Made by a program: the position numbers and the translations under genes | From: Malacoraja senta | Lineage: Eukaryota | Length of the DNA: 64,000 nt | Assembly (NCBI GenBank): GCA_038087875.1 | Contig: CM075978.1 | Location: forward strand, 45,260,001-45,324,000 | Direction of reading: 5' to 3' | Notes under the pieces: model-generated | Seen by the model: the letters and a program-made list of their open reading frames with translations, nothing else | Database searches by the model: none | Told to the model about the DNA's origin: nothing | Part shown: piece after piece, positions 24,511 through 36,947 of the stretch | Numbering within the stretch: the first letter of the stretch is position 1 | How the letters are laid out: every line of letters begins with the position of its first letter

Positions 24511-24599
24511 CGGACTGTGGGAGAAATGGGTGTGAATCTAGGCGGGCACAGGGAAGAGAGGGGGGGGGGGGGGAATGGGTGGGGGTTATACTTGTTGGT

Positions 24600-24790
24600 T
24601 AGTTACCTAAAATGGAAGCATTCATTGTTCATACCATTGGGCTGCATGCTACTCAAGTGGAATATGAGATGCTGTTTCTCAAGTTTGCATATGGCATCAC
24701 TTTAGCAATGGAGGAGGCCTACAATAGAAAGGTCCATATGGGATTAGGAAGGAGAGTTAAAATGGTTAGCAACCAGGAGATCCAGCAGCA
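24600..24790 (-). mobile_element. Penelope-like element, GIY-YIG endonuclease C-terminal remnant
   Basis: Minus-strand translation LVANHFNSPS*SHMDLSIVGLLHC*SDAICKLEKQHLIFHLSSMQPNGMN. Confidence 0.8.
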
Positions 24791-25904
24791 TCTCATAATT
24801 CCATAACTATTTTAAAACTAATTGAATTGTGCTTGCTGGTCCCAAAAGGCTCACCCACTCATCCTTCAGTCACTTGCCCTGCCCAATTCTCCATGGCAAG
24901 CTTTTCCCTCTCCCTTGTAAGGCACTCTGATATTGCCTGAGGAAACTTCCACCCCATCTAAGCTCTTTGTACTGTGGTAATCCTGTCTACATTCGGGCAA
25001 TTTAAATCACCGACTATGACAATTCTTGTATTCGTACAGCCTGGAAATCGTTGCCTAACAAGAGCATGGAGGGGTATCTTCCATTCATGAAAGCAACTCA
25101 CCATGACCTTTTCAATGCCAATCAGTGATAAGCAATAAATGCTGGTGCTGCGTTCAGCACTAACATAGCATCAAAACAAAGGTAGTGAAGTCTAACATCT
25201 TCATCATTAACAGAACTAGCTGAAAATTTGCTCCCTCCAGTTAATGATTTCCCTTTTAACTAACATCCTCTGAAAGGCTTTGAATGTTTTTTATCCAATA
25301 GATATCCCTGCTGAACTTTCAGTTGAAAGAATAGTTAAATAAATCAGCAGCTATTAGCTGTACAAGCTCAATGATTTGAAAATTTAATCATTGATATCAA
25401 TACATGAGCTTCAAAGATTTTGTTTTAATAGATGTTGTGCAAGTTTGCACCACAGAATAAAATAAGCTCTGAAAGCTATTACATTTCACAGTCTCAGATC
25501 AGTCAGAGGAAACCACTCATATTTTTAGAGCTTTCTTCAGCTGGTTTTGCTAAATTGTTGTTCAATCTGTATCGGTGGAAAAGTCCTTTGAAATAGGATC
25601 ACTCTATAAATGAAGATGTCTTCTCTAGGCAAAATACGTGCGATGTACGAATGAGTATAATTCAAACAACTGGTCTAAGCAATCCCATTTCTCTTTTGAA
25701 TATTCAGTGTCCATTTGCAATATAGCTGTTATTTCAAGTATTTGGACATTAGGTTCTGGATCCAGGATGCCCAGTTAAAAGATGAACCGAGATTGAAATA
25801 AAACAAAGCCTCCATCAAAATGGAATCATTGTACAAAGTTGGAAACCACAACAAAACTTGATTACAACTGTCAATAATGCAGTTGTACATAATGTTCCAC
25901 AGAG

Positions 25905-26360
25905 GATTTCAGCGACAGGGAGAAATTGCTTAGCCTTGGATTGTTTTCTCTGCAACGTCGGAAGTTGAGGGGAGACTTGATAGAAGTGTATAAAATTATG
26001 AGAGGCATAGGTAGGTTAGACAGCCAGAATCTTTTTCCCAGGGTGGAAATGTCCGACGCTAGAGGACATAGCTGCAAGGCGAGAGGCGGAAGATTTAATG
26101 GAGACATACAGGGTTTTCTTTGTTTTTTTTTATTTACACAGAGTGATGGGGGCCTGGAAAGCATTGCTGGGGCAGTGGTGGAGGCAGATACCACAGCGAC
26201 ATTTGAGAGGCTTTTGGATGGGCACGTGGAAGTGCCACGAATAGAGGAATACGGATCATGTGCAGGCACTTGAGATCAGTTCAGCTAGGTATCATGTCTG
26301 GCACAAACATTGTGGGCTGAAGTGCCAGTTCCTGTACTGTACTGTTCTATATTCTATGTA
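25905..26360 (+). mobile_element. CR1 3' fragment
   Basis: LGLFSLQRRKLRGDLIEVYKIMRG...; (tgttcta)-type tail. Confidence 0.88.
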
Positions 26361-26769
26361 ATGCTACTTCTGCAAACAAATGCTGAGATTTGTTGTTTTC
26401 CCAGCATGAAAACAAAGGTGATTGATTTACAGATTCATGCAGATAAAAATGTTTTTGCAAATCATTTGCTGTAGATAGAGTTCATGTTCAACAGCCTGAA
26501 CCCATGGGTCAACAAGATAAGAAGCGTTTCATACAGCGTTTATATGGTTAATATATTTATTCATTTCCATGAATATGAAAGCATTTTTTTCTTATGGAAG
26601 ACTGCATTTCCTTTGCTTGATAAACCTGTGGTGAGAAGCTGCTGGAAGTCAACACAAATCATAGCAAAAATTCAAATTCAATTTCGACTCTGACATTTCA
26701 GAGAACCTTTCCAAGGCAATTAAATAAAAAAGCTGGAAAATGTTGTGAACTTTACCTATATCTCCTTAC

Positions 26770-26936
26770 CATGGTAAACCTTTCCTTGTAACAGACCAAG
26801 CAAAACATTGCCTTGCTGTCAGGTACCCAGTCTTTCTTTGCAGGTGGGGTTGCTGGAGGAACAAATTCACTGCTCGATTTAGATCTTTGAATGGATTCTT
26901 CTTGAGGGTTGGATGGTCCATGAAGAGTTGGATTAA
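26770..26936 (-). CDS. ZFYVE26: spastizin exon (~28), FYVE domain N-terminal part
   Basis: ...EFVPPATPPAKKDWVPDSKAMFCLVCYKERFTM|gtaagg (WxxD motif, first CxxC). Confidence 0.96.
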
Positions 26937-27176
26937 CTGGAACAAGAAATATGAAGATTTAGAATAAAACAGAAAATTAAGATAATTGATATCCAATGAT
27001 TGTTGTAATTAAGAGTAAATTCTTTGTTAAACTATCTATTAACTAACATTGAAAATTCATGGCTCTGAACATTTATTGATTCTGTAAAAGTATTTATAAC
27101 AGATCAATGAAACAAAACGAGAATGGCTGACATTGGATCATGATTATTTCACTCACAAGATTGGTGTTGAAATCTA

Positions 27177-29093
27177 TCTCGGCGTTTTTATCACAATACC
27201 CTTATCTGATATGTTCCGCACAAACTTTTTGCCTCTGGTTGAGAAAGCCGAAAAAGATTTTGATCGCTGGTCAGTCTTACTGTTATCCCTCGTGGGCCGG
27301 ATAAATCTGGTTAAGATGGTTGTCCTACCCAAATTCCTGTATCTTTTCCAGCATGTCCCCATACTTATCACCAAATCTTTTTTTGACAAATTAGAAAGGA
27401 CAATATCTAAATTCTTATGGGGTAGCCAACCGGTCAGAATCCGAAAGGCGATACTGCAGTCGCCTAAGAGTGATGGCGGTTTGGCCCTCCCTGATTTTAG
27501 GCGATACTACTGGGCAGCTAACTTGCAAAAACTCCTGTATTGGATGAATGATGATTGTGAGCACCCACCGATCTGGGTATATATGGAAAAGGCGAGTTCA
27601 CGTCTCCCATTGCGGTCTGTCCTATGCTCCCAACTCCCCCTTTCTATAACATCTGTGGGTGCAGGCCCAATTGTGTCCCTTTCGCTCAAGATATGGAGTC
27701 AACTTAGGAAAAACCTCGGTTTACAGGGTCCTTCCATCTTGACCCCACTGCTTAAAAATCACATTTTTAAACCTTCAAGTATAGACCACGCATTTAAAAC
27801 CTGGCATAGCAATGGCATCAGTAGTATTAAAAACCTATATAAGGATGGCATCTTCTCATCTTTCGGGGCGCTCTCGTCTAACTACAACCTCCCAAACTCC
27901 CACCTTTTTCGGTTTTTCCAGATTAGGGATTTTGTGAAGAAGACATTTCCCTACTTCCCAAATCGCCCTCCTGAAACCCTGACTGATATCATCCTAGCTT
28001 TAGACCCCAATCGGAAGAAATGCATCTCTCTTTTGTATAATTTGCTAGGGTCGGTTTTATTGAAACCTCATACCTCATTAAAAGCTGCGTGGGAGGGAGA
28101 GCTGAATACGAAATTAACAGACCAGCAATGGGACTCTGCCTTGGATTTGATCCACTCTTCTTCCATATGCGCTCGTCATGGCCTAATCCAATGCAAAGTC
28201 CTTTACAAAGTCCACTACACAAATGCAAGATTAGCTAGAATGTACCCAGCTGTTAATGACACCTGTAACAGATGTAGTCAATCTCCTGCCAACCATAGCC
28301 ACATGTTTGGTCTTGCCCTAAGCTAGCAGCCTTTTGGAGGAGTGCTTTTGAATTGATAAGCAGAGTTTACGACCAGACTATTCTTCCAAATCCAATGTCA
28401 GCCATTTTCGGTACCCCTCCCAATACTAACCTCTCTGTTGCGGTGAAACGGGTCCTAGCTTTCACAACCTTGTTAGCCCGGAGACTGATCTTGCTTAGTT
28501 GGAGGCTTACCTGTCCCCCGACACTCGCCCGTTGGATTAAGGAGGTGCTTTACAATCTGAAACTTGAAAAACGTAGGTTCTCTCTCAAAGGCTCTACCAA
28601 GACATTTCTAGATACATGGAACCCTTTCTTTGAACTGGTTAACTCTCTTACCTTGTCCCCGGACTCGGAAGAGGACTGAGTGTTCTCCATCATCGTTTTG
28701 TTCTACAGCAGCTGCTTTCCCCTTAATCCCCCCTCCCTACNNNNNNNNNNNNNNNNNNNNNNNNNNNNNNNNNNNNNNNNNNNNNNNNNNNNNNNNNNNN
28801 NNNNNNNNNNNNNNNNNNNNNNNNNNNNNNNNNNNNNNNNNNNNNNNNNNNNNNNNNNNNNNNNNNNNNNNNNNNNTTCGTCTATTCTACCATTTGTGTG
28901 TGGATGTGTACGTATGTGAGTGTTGTTTGTCCCCGTTTGGCTCCGACCTGACTTGGGTGGGTTGAAGGTGGGTAAGGGTAAGGGTTTTGAGGATCGCTTA
29001 CATACTGTTGTACAATTATGCCTTGATTGTTACTGTCTGTTATTATTGTATGTATGTAAATTGCCGTGAAATTCAAATAAAAAGATTTAAATC
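27177..29093 (+). mobile_element. L1-clade LINE, 5'-truncated ORF2 C-terminal half plus 3' UTR
   Basis: GRINLVKMVVLPKFLYLFQ...KFLW...GGLALPDFRRYYWAA...CNRC...H.F.C zinc knuckle; AATAAA end; TSD GAAATCTA at 27169-27176 and 29094-29101. Confidence 0.93.
28741..28876. other. assembly gap (N run)
   Basis: Run of N. Confidence 1.
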
Positions 29094-29114
29094 GAAATCT
29101 AGATGAGAAAGTGG

Positions 29115-29330
29115 AGACACGAGGAACTGCAGGTGCTAGTTTACAAAAAAGACACAAAGAGTTGGAGTATCTCAGCGGGACAGGAGCATCTCTGGATAGG
29201 TGATCTGGGTTGAGACCCTTCTACAGATATTATGGTGGTGGGAGGAGGTGAGAAAGCTGGAAGAGAGGACTGGCAGGACAAAGCCTGGTGAGTGATAGGT
29301 GGATACAGGTGAGTGGGATTTTGATAGGCA
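29115..29330 (-). mobile_element. Penelope-derived terminal fragment
   Basis: gacacgaggaactgcagg...gacacaaag...ctcagcgggacaggagcatctc. Confidence 0.7.
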
Positions 29331-29463
29331 TATGCTTGGGGATGCAGCAGGATTGTGAATTGAACTTAGAATTGCTCTAACTACTGATTGCTACAGATGC
29401 ATCATGGACCAAATAGCTCCCTGCTGTTGGGTATACGTTATGAATTTTTGATATTATTCTCAC

Positions 29464-29562
29464 CTGAAGGTAAGCTTGTCGCTTGTTCGATATTTGGCAA
29501 TACTGTGAGACTCTCTGGTCCTGCACTCTGAGTGAGCAAATCTTGCAGATTAATTACAGAAT
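29464..29562 (-). CDS. ZFYVE26: spastizin exon (~27)
   Basis: SVINLQDLLTQSAGPESLTVLPNIEQATSLPS|gtgag; 99 nt. Confidence 0.9.
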
Positions 29563-29789
29563 CTAGACAGAAGAAATAAGACATCACAACTGGTTTAATG
29601 TCACGTGTAAAGTACAAAATTCAAGAGCTCAGAGTTAAAGCAGTTTCCCTTCAGTTTCCTAAATGCAAACCCGAAATTAGTCCAGGAATAATGATATACT
29701 CTTGAACATAAATACTGGGTTAGCTATCTTAATAGCAGGATAATAATAATTAAGTCTGATCACTTTCCACCCTAGTCCGGAAAATTGGT

Positions 29790-30235
29790 TTAAAAAAAGG
29801 CCTGTGATAAACTCCCCCATGGTAGGCTGATCCAGAAGATTAAGATGCACGGGATTCAGTGATTTGATTGTACGGATTTAGAACTGACTTACTAATAGAA
29901 GGCAGAAGGTTTCGGTAGAAAGGCATTATTCAGGCTGGAGGTCTGTGAACAGTGAAGTTCCCCAAGGATCTGTGCTGGGTCTCTGTTGTTTGCGATATAA
30001 ACAACTTGGACATAAATGTAGATGAGCTGGTAAGTACATTTGCAGATGACACCAAGATTACTGTTGTTGCAGACTACGAGGAAAGTTGACAAAGTATACG
30101 GAGGATATAGATCAGTTACAGAAAAGGTCGGATAAATGGCAGATGGAGCTTAATGCTAGCAAGTGTGAGGTGTTGCACTTTGGGAGATCGAATCAAGAGG
30201 AAAGTATAAAGTTAATGGCAAGACTCAACAGCATT
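29790..30235 (+). mobile_element. CR1 RT fragment, degenerate
   Basis: cccaaggatctgtgctgggt...tttgcagatgacacc (FADDT)...WQMELNASKCEVLHFG. Confidence 0.8.
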
Positions 30236-30239
30236 AATC

Positions 30240-30505
30240 TTCTTAGTTTTGAGATACGGCATAGAAACAGGTCTTTCGGCCCACAGAGTCTGTGCCGCCC
30301 AATGATTACCCGTACACTAGTTCTATCCTACACACTGGGGACATTTTACAGAAGCCAATTAACCTACAAGTCTTTGGAATGTGAGAGGAAACCGGAGCAC
30401 CCGGAGAAAGCACAGAGAGAGCGTGCAAACTCCATACAGATAGCATCCGTAGTCAGGATCGAACCCGGATGTCTGGCGCTAAGGCAGCAACTCTACCACT
30501 GTGAC
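30240..30505 (-). mobile_element. V-SINE (HE1-like)
   Basis: ggaaaccggagcacccggagaaa...gtgcaaactccatacag...gtcaggatcgaaccc...ggcagcaactctacc. Confidence 0.85.
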
Positions 30506-31054
30506 ATTAAAAAAAAGATTCAAACCCTACGTGGAGAAATAACGGCAAGTTTTGAATGATAAACATATGAAATAAAACGGAAAAACAACAAGTAAATAGT
30601 TAAAAATGAATAAACCACACCGATCAAGATGAAAATAGTTCACCAGTGGGCTATGAAGTAAAGCATACCCGAAAAGCCACAGAAGATGACGTTAAAACAG
30701 ATGTAATACTGGCAAACTGCTGATTTTTTGTATTCAACATAGTTGGAAAACATCAGGAGTGCTTAGCAAGTGGAAATTTACATCCCAGGATTGGACATGT
30801 GTGAAAATGAAATGGGACACAAAAAGGAAATTATGCTAAAAATCATTCAGTTTAGTTTATTGTCACGTGAAAAGCTCTTGTTGTGTGCTATCCACGCATT
30901 GCGTGCTCCTGCAATATCGAAAGAAAATTAAGCAATTGTTCCAATCAAACAGTATCATAATAAAATCTGGTAATTCTTCTACCTGCAATTTGCAATGCAG
31001 TACAAAAGTAAATCCTTCTTCACAAAGAAATGAAAGCAGAACAAATGTTGTTAC

Positions 31055-31304
31055 CTGATCGTGTTTTCTCTCGTACTGCATACGGAACTTCAAGAGCCTT
31101 GGCTGCATATTTGGAAAGAAGGCAATCAATGTCTTCAATGGCAAAACCTGCTTCTTGCCCCACAAGCAATTGATGAAGTGTCTGGGTAGCTACTGAAGCC
31201 CAATCCACTTTCATATTCATGAGTAGTTGCTCCAACATTAACAATGGATTTGAGGACAGGTGTGAATAGGCATCATGTGCAGACTCCGGTAATGTTAGTA
31301 AAAG
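31055..31304 (-). CDS. ZFYVE26: spastizin exon (~26)
   Basis: LLLTLPESAHDAYSHLSSNPLLMLEQLLMNMKVDW...REKTRS. Confidence 0.96.
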
Positions 31305-31846
31305 CTACGAGAAGGAAAATGCACAAGAAAAGCACAGAAATCAATCGCTCACAGGGCATCAAAACTGATGAGCAAAACAATAAAATAATTCCACAACAAT
31401 TTTAAAATTTCAATGATTAATTCAAAGCAAAGCTTGAGTAAGTACGGTTGTTTATCTGTGTCAAAACATTCAAATACACATTATTTTGGAATGTAGAATA
31501 TGTTATGATAGTAACTTGAAAAGTTATACACTTGCACCATTAATGAAGCCGCTACCTTAGTATATAAAATCATGTTCTTCTAACATTTCCATTGTTAGAA
31601 TTTACTTTCTACGCAACGGCTTCTTTATCATCACGTGTACCAAAGTAAATACTTTTAATACTTTTTGGCATACTTTGAAATACTTTTTGGCATACAGATC
31701 AGCAAGACTATCACCATGCAAATTCTAACATTCATTTTTAACTGAGTTTTAAACACATTTACAAATCAAAGAGATCAATTCCCTCTGCAGATTCATAACC
31801 AAACTAAATGGATCTTTTTAACTACGCTGATGTAGAATTATTACTA

Positions 31847-32021
31847 AAGATAGATACAAAGTGCTGGAGTAACTCAGCGGGCCAGGCAGCATCTCATGCG
31901 GAAAAAGGATGGGTAACGTCACCCATCCATTTCCTCCGGAGATGCTGCCTGACCTACTGAGTTCCACTAACATTTTGTGTCTATCTTCGATATAAAGCAG
32001 CATCTGCAGTTCCTTTCTAAC
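31847..32021. mobile_element. palindromic (fold-back) Penelope-derived insertion with 14-bp TSD
   Basis: TAGAATTATTACTA at 31833-31846 and 32022-32035; arms invert around gggtaacgtcaccc. Confidence 0.85.
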
Positions 32022-32172
32022 TAGAATTATTACTATTTTGGTTTGGCTTTTTTTCCTGAACAATTAAAGGATCATTGCAACAGAACTGGAAATTCTAATA
32101 CCGAGTGATAGTTTATGAAAGGGCATTTCTGATCCATTTGAGAAACAAAAGACTGGTCCTACGAATCTTTAC

Positions 32173-32349
32173 CTTGGATCCAATGCGCATTGCTTGAATT
32201 TCATGACGTCGTGCAGCAGAGAGACTCTTATGAAAGTGAGTGGTAAGGTAATTGGAAAGAAAATGGCAAGCAGCTAGTCCCGGGTGCTGATCCAGAGCTT
32301 GTTCACATATAACTTGGCACATGTCAGGATCACAAATCCCCTGCAGCAG
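32173..32349 (-). CDS. ZFYVE26: spastizin exon (~25)
   Basis: LLQGICDPDMCQVICEQALDQHPGLAACHFLSNYLTTHF...IGSK. Confidence 0.95.
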
Positions 32350-33031
32350 CTAACGGAACAGAAGGAACTAAGCTGATATTCAATACACATAAAAAAATAC
32401 CAAGCCTGTATGCCTATTACAGGGTCTTAGTAATTAAACTGCGTTTATCCATTTTGTATTTCAATTGCTTCTATCTTCATTTCTAACACAATTCATGAGT
32501 ACTATGACATACAATTTATTATATTTTCAATACAATAACACAGTATATCAATATCAATGTATCCATACAAACTATTAATAAGCTGTTTTGAATTTATATT
32601 GAGCTTTATAAAGATTGCCATTTTTCTTGTATAGAGCAAAGCAGTTTCAAAATATATCTTTCTAATAATTTTCATCCAGCATCCTCATGGGAGTCAACAA
32701 ATTATTTTGAAAAATTATATAAGCAAAAGTCATCTCCCAACACACTTCTCAAGTGACTATTATTCAACAGAGGCTGGAGACGAGGCATTGTCAGTCTGTT
32801 CATCTGTGAAGAACCACACAGCTAAGTAGGTAAAGCTGGGTTTAAAAGGGGAATGTCATGTTACAGTTCAAGAACAGCACTTAATCCTCCCAATAGGTTT
32901 ATTACCCATTCTGGACTCCATATCAAATCTAACCTTTCCAACATTCACAGTATTTTACTTTGGTAGTGCAAATTCATAATTATCTCTCTCATAACAGCAC
33001 ACGGTCATTTTATTTTTATTATAGCACTTGC

Positions 33032-33154
33032 CTGGAATGCGCGCTCTCCATCTCCTAGCTCAAGAAGGTGAATGAGATATTCATGCCGGAGTTTCACTGT
33101 GAAGTGCGTTGGAACAGGGTGCAACTGAACCCAAGCCTCACAAAGCTCAAACTC
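33032..33154 (-). CDS. ZFYVE26: spastizin exon (~24), GC donor
   Basis: EFELCEAWVQLHPVP...HLLELGDGERAFQ|GCAAGT; 123 nt. Confidence 0.92.
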
Positions 33155-33353
33155 CTGAAAATAACAATTCATCAACCTCTCAGTGAACAGCATTTAATAA
33201 GAGCAGTAAAATGGAGACACTTGAAAGTGCAGATGCCGGGATCCTGAGCAAAAAACAAACTGCTGGAGGGAAAAATCAATAAAAGCAACAACATTTATTT
33301 ATATAGTGCCCTTGAAATAGTAAACCATCACAAAGCCCTCCACAGGAGTATAA

Positions 33354-33878
33354 AGGGGCTGTCCCACTGCGGCGACCTAATTGGCGAGTTCTGGCGAGTT
33401 TGCCCTCGACTCATACTCGCAGCATGGATGACACGAGGTCCTAGGAGGTCTTTGTAACTCTCCTTCATGCTCGAGAGTACTGCCCGCGTACTCAAGGCCT
33501 TAGCTAGGTCGCGGCGTATTTTTCAACATGCTGAAAAATGCCCGCGAGTAAAATAAAGGTCACCATGGAAAAAAAAAATCAATATTTTTTTTACTCGTAG
33601 GTTTAGTCGAAGTAGGTCGTAGTAGATCGGCATGTTATTTGTAGCTAATCTAGGGTAGTCGAAGGTAATCGAAGGTAGTCGTAGATAATCTTCAACATAG
33701 TTGAAAGGAGATCGAAGGAGGTCGTCTTCACTTTCCACTGTTCGGTGTCCAATTTTCCCGAAGCTAGTCGAAGCTGGTCTTCAACATAGTCGAAGGAGGT
33801 CTTCAACATGACACTTTTTCAAACTCTGCTCAACTCTTCTAAACTCGCCAATTAGGTCGCCACAGTGGGACAGCCCCT
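33354..33878. mobile_element. PIF/Harbinger-type MITE (inserted in an L2-like remnant)
   Basis: 37-bp TIR aggggctgtcccactg(c/t)ggcgacctaattggcgagtt; TAA TSD. Confidence 0.92.
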
Positions 33879-34189
33879 TAATTGAACAAAATTTAACACC
33901 GAGACATATCAAGAAATATTGGGCCAGAGAGTTAGGTTTAAGTAAAATAGGTAAAAGAGGTAAAGAGATAGAGAGGTAATCCTTGTTCATTTGAAGTAAA
34001 TATGGTCAAAAAGCCAGTTGTGGAGTGCAGGAGGATCCCTGGGATCTCTTTAACTGGATACACACCCATTTCTCCCTTTTGCCTTTCCCCGTCCCCTTCC
34101 TCCTTCATTCTTTCCTCTGGCTTCACAACAGGACTCTTCCATTGGTATCATACACTTTATGTCTTTCCATATCCTTTGTGCAACCATCT

Positions 34190-34385
34190 GCTAATCTCCC
34201 CCCCTCCCCTCATCCGTATCCACCTATCATTTGCCAGACTTTGTCCCACCCCCACCTCTCCAGCTTTCTCCCGCACTAGTACAATCAATTGTAAGAAGGG
34301 TCCCGATCCGGAAAATCATCTATCCTTGTTCACCAGAGATACTGCCTGACCCACTGAGTTACTCAAGCATTTTGTGCCTTCTTTT
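34190..34385 (+). mobile_element. Penelope-derived terminal fragment (opposite orientation)
   Basis: aagaagggtcccgatccggaaa...ctgcctgacccactgagttactcaagcattttgtg. Confidence 0.7.
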
Positions 34386-34464
34386 AAACAGAGCAATTCA
34401 AATATGTTAGCTGCAATGATGGTCAAAAATAAATCGTAAGAAACAAAAAAGAATATTTTCTTAC

Positions 34465-34569
34465 CCTGGACTTCAAAATTATGTCCATCACAACACGTGG
34501 GTTCTCACTGGATTCAGTCCGTAGTTCTTGCCAACCATGCCAAGGGATTGGAGACCTAAGATTAAGGAT
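34465..34569 (-). CDS. ZFYVE26: spastizin exon (~23)
   Basis: ILNLRSPIPWHGWQELRTESSENPRVVMDIILKSR|gtaag; 105 nt. Confidence 0.92.
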
Positions 34570-34634
34570 CTAACAACAGAAACATTGATTTTAGGATCAA
34601 GAGGCCCTCTTTTGATTCCCCTACCCTTCGAAAA

Positions 34635-35490
34635 GGACTGTGTGCACTCACCCTATGTCCTTCATGATTTTATGCACCTCTACAAATTCATTCCTCAGTC
34701 TTCTATGCTCCAAGGAATAAAGTCCTACCCTGCCAACCTCTCCCTATATCAATCCCTCAAGTCTTGGCAATATCCTCAAATATTTTCTGCATTCTTTCCA
34801 ACTTACTGGCCACGTTCCTATAGCCGGGTGATCAAAACTGAGCACAATACCCCAAGTGTAGCTGTACTAACTTCTTGTGCAACTCAAAATAGCATCCCAT
34901 CTTCTATACTTAATTCCACAACTACTGAAGTCTTGTGTGCCAAAAGCCGTCTTCACCACTACTCACAGCCCTACTGTTCAACATGAAGTTCTAACCTAGT
35001 TTGATTTTCCAAAATGCAACACCTTGCACTGACCTGAATTACATTCCATTTGTCATTTCTCAGCCTACTTACCCAGGTGTCACAATCCCACTGTAATTGG
35101 TGATAATCCTCACTGTTTACGATACCACCTGATTTAGCATCTGCAAATTTACTAACCATGCCGTATACATTTTCATCCAAATCATTTATACGGATGACAA
35201 ACAACAATGGACCCAGCACTGAGTCCTGCAGCACACCATTAGTTACGGGCCTATATATAAAAAAAACAACCCTCTGTTTTCTACTATCAAATCAATTATC
35301 ATCCAATTACCATAGCTAGATCTCCCTGAATCCCAAGTCTAACCTTTCAGAGCACCCTATCAAACAAAACCTTATATTTATAAAAACCTTACTGAAGTCC
35401 ATACAGACATCTACCGCCCTGCCCTCACCAATCTTTGTGGTTACTTCTTCAAAAATAACGAAATCAAATTCATAAGGCATGATCATCATG
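34635..35490 (-). mobile_element. CR1 RT fragment, degenerate
   Basis: LQDSVLGPLLFVIRINDLDENVYGMVSKFAD. Confidence 0.8.
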
Positions 35491-35714
35491 GCTAATGTGA
35501 TGCATACTTTTAAGCCATTTTTTTCTCCCGCTTCTCATTTCTTGGATCAGGCCTAGAGATTTACCTCAGTGTCAATAGAATCTCAGTATCACCCCTGCAT
35601 GCAAGTGTAACAGCAAAATCACTGCATATTGGTTCTCCAGTAAAGGAGACGGCATACATTGTAAGCACCAAGTACAGACATTAGATTGGAAGAGGTTCAG
35701 GTGAATCACAGAAT

Positions 35715-35822
35715 TAGGGTGGAACAGTGGTGCAACTGTAGAGTTGCTGCCTTACAGCGCTGAAGACCCGGGTTCGATCCTGACTATGGGTGCTGTCTGT
35801 ACAGAGTTTGTACGTTCTCCAT
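35715..35822 (+). mobile_element. V-SINE 5' fragment
   Basis: gtagagttgctgccttacagcgctgaagacccgggttcgatcctgactatggg. Confidence 0.8.
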
Positions 35823-36637
35823 AATAAAAGAGCAGACAATGCAGCATCTGTGGTTGCTGTGGTCTGTGGTCTTGGCCTATCAGAGATATTCTCTTTGTCT
35901 GATCTATCCCACCCACACCCTCTTTGCAACTTATAACGCAACTCTTTTTCCACATTTCTGATGAAGGATCTTTGATTTGCAACTTAAACTCTTTTTCCAC
36001 AGATGCTGCTGTGTAGGCTAATGTTTGTCGCTACTAAATTCTGAATGTTTATCCATTCTTCATCCATTTGAAGTTTGCTCACCTTTCCCCCCCATCAAAA
36101 ATGGAGATACATGTGCATTGTGGGGATCCTGAATTTACTGCATATGTTGGACTTCTTAAAAAAATATTAGTTTACTATTATTGGAAGTGCAAATTAATGT
36201 TACTGATGTTTTATCCTACATGTTATAAACATCTCATCCTCTAATAATTTTACTTCATTGTGAATGATGTTGTGGGACATCTGCAAGCATACAAGTAAGA
36301 ATATTTTTGTTTAATCACGAAACATCACATAAGATTGAAAAATTACAGTACATAGCAATACCAAAAACTTCAAGTGGCCATAAATGATTTAAAAATTAAT
36401 TTTCTACATTCACAGTTCCAATGATAAGTAGCTCCTGCTTAAAACATTGTACAGCAAATTATAGTTTAAGAATGGCTCTGCTGCTAATTAAGGCAGAACC
36501 TGATTACAACTTTCATTTGGTGGGGCTGAGACAAGTTCTGTGATCTCACATCATCCAACCAACAATTTCTGGTTATCTTGTTTAATCACGTTTTTCTTAT
36601 TAAAATATTAATTTAACCATAACTGGACGCCACATAC

Positions 36638-36837
36638 CTTCTGATAAACTTGAAGTTCCTTTTTCTTTGCAAGCAGATCAGACTTTAATTCTCTTTTGTT
36701 CATATTAGAATCACTCAGACAATAAAACAGAACCTCAAGACATGCATCAAGTGGCCATTTTTCTATGCAGTGAAGAACCAGTTTTGCTCGTAGAGTACCA
36801 TTTCTGATACGGATCAGATATTCCCAACCTTTTTTCT
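36638..36837 (-). CDS. ZFYVE26: spastizin exon (~22)
   Basis: KKGWEYL...EKWPLDACLEVLFYCLSD...ELQVYQK|gtatgt. Confidence 0.94.
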
Positions 36838-36947
36838 CTGCCAAAGTTACAGAAATTGTTAATAATGCTAACGGCTGTGGTAATAATTAAGGCGAAATAC
36901 AAAAGAAAACCAATTGTTATAAATAGAAGATTAAATAGATCCAAATC

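Noticed and set aside
28630-28965. ORFs containing X runs (also 50502-50819)
   Set aside because: Artefacts of translating across assembly gaps.
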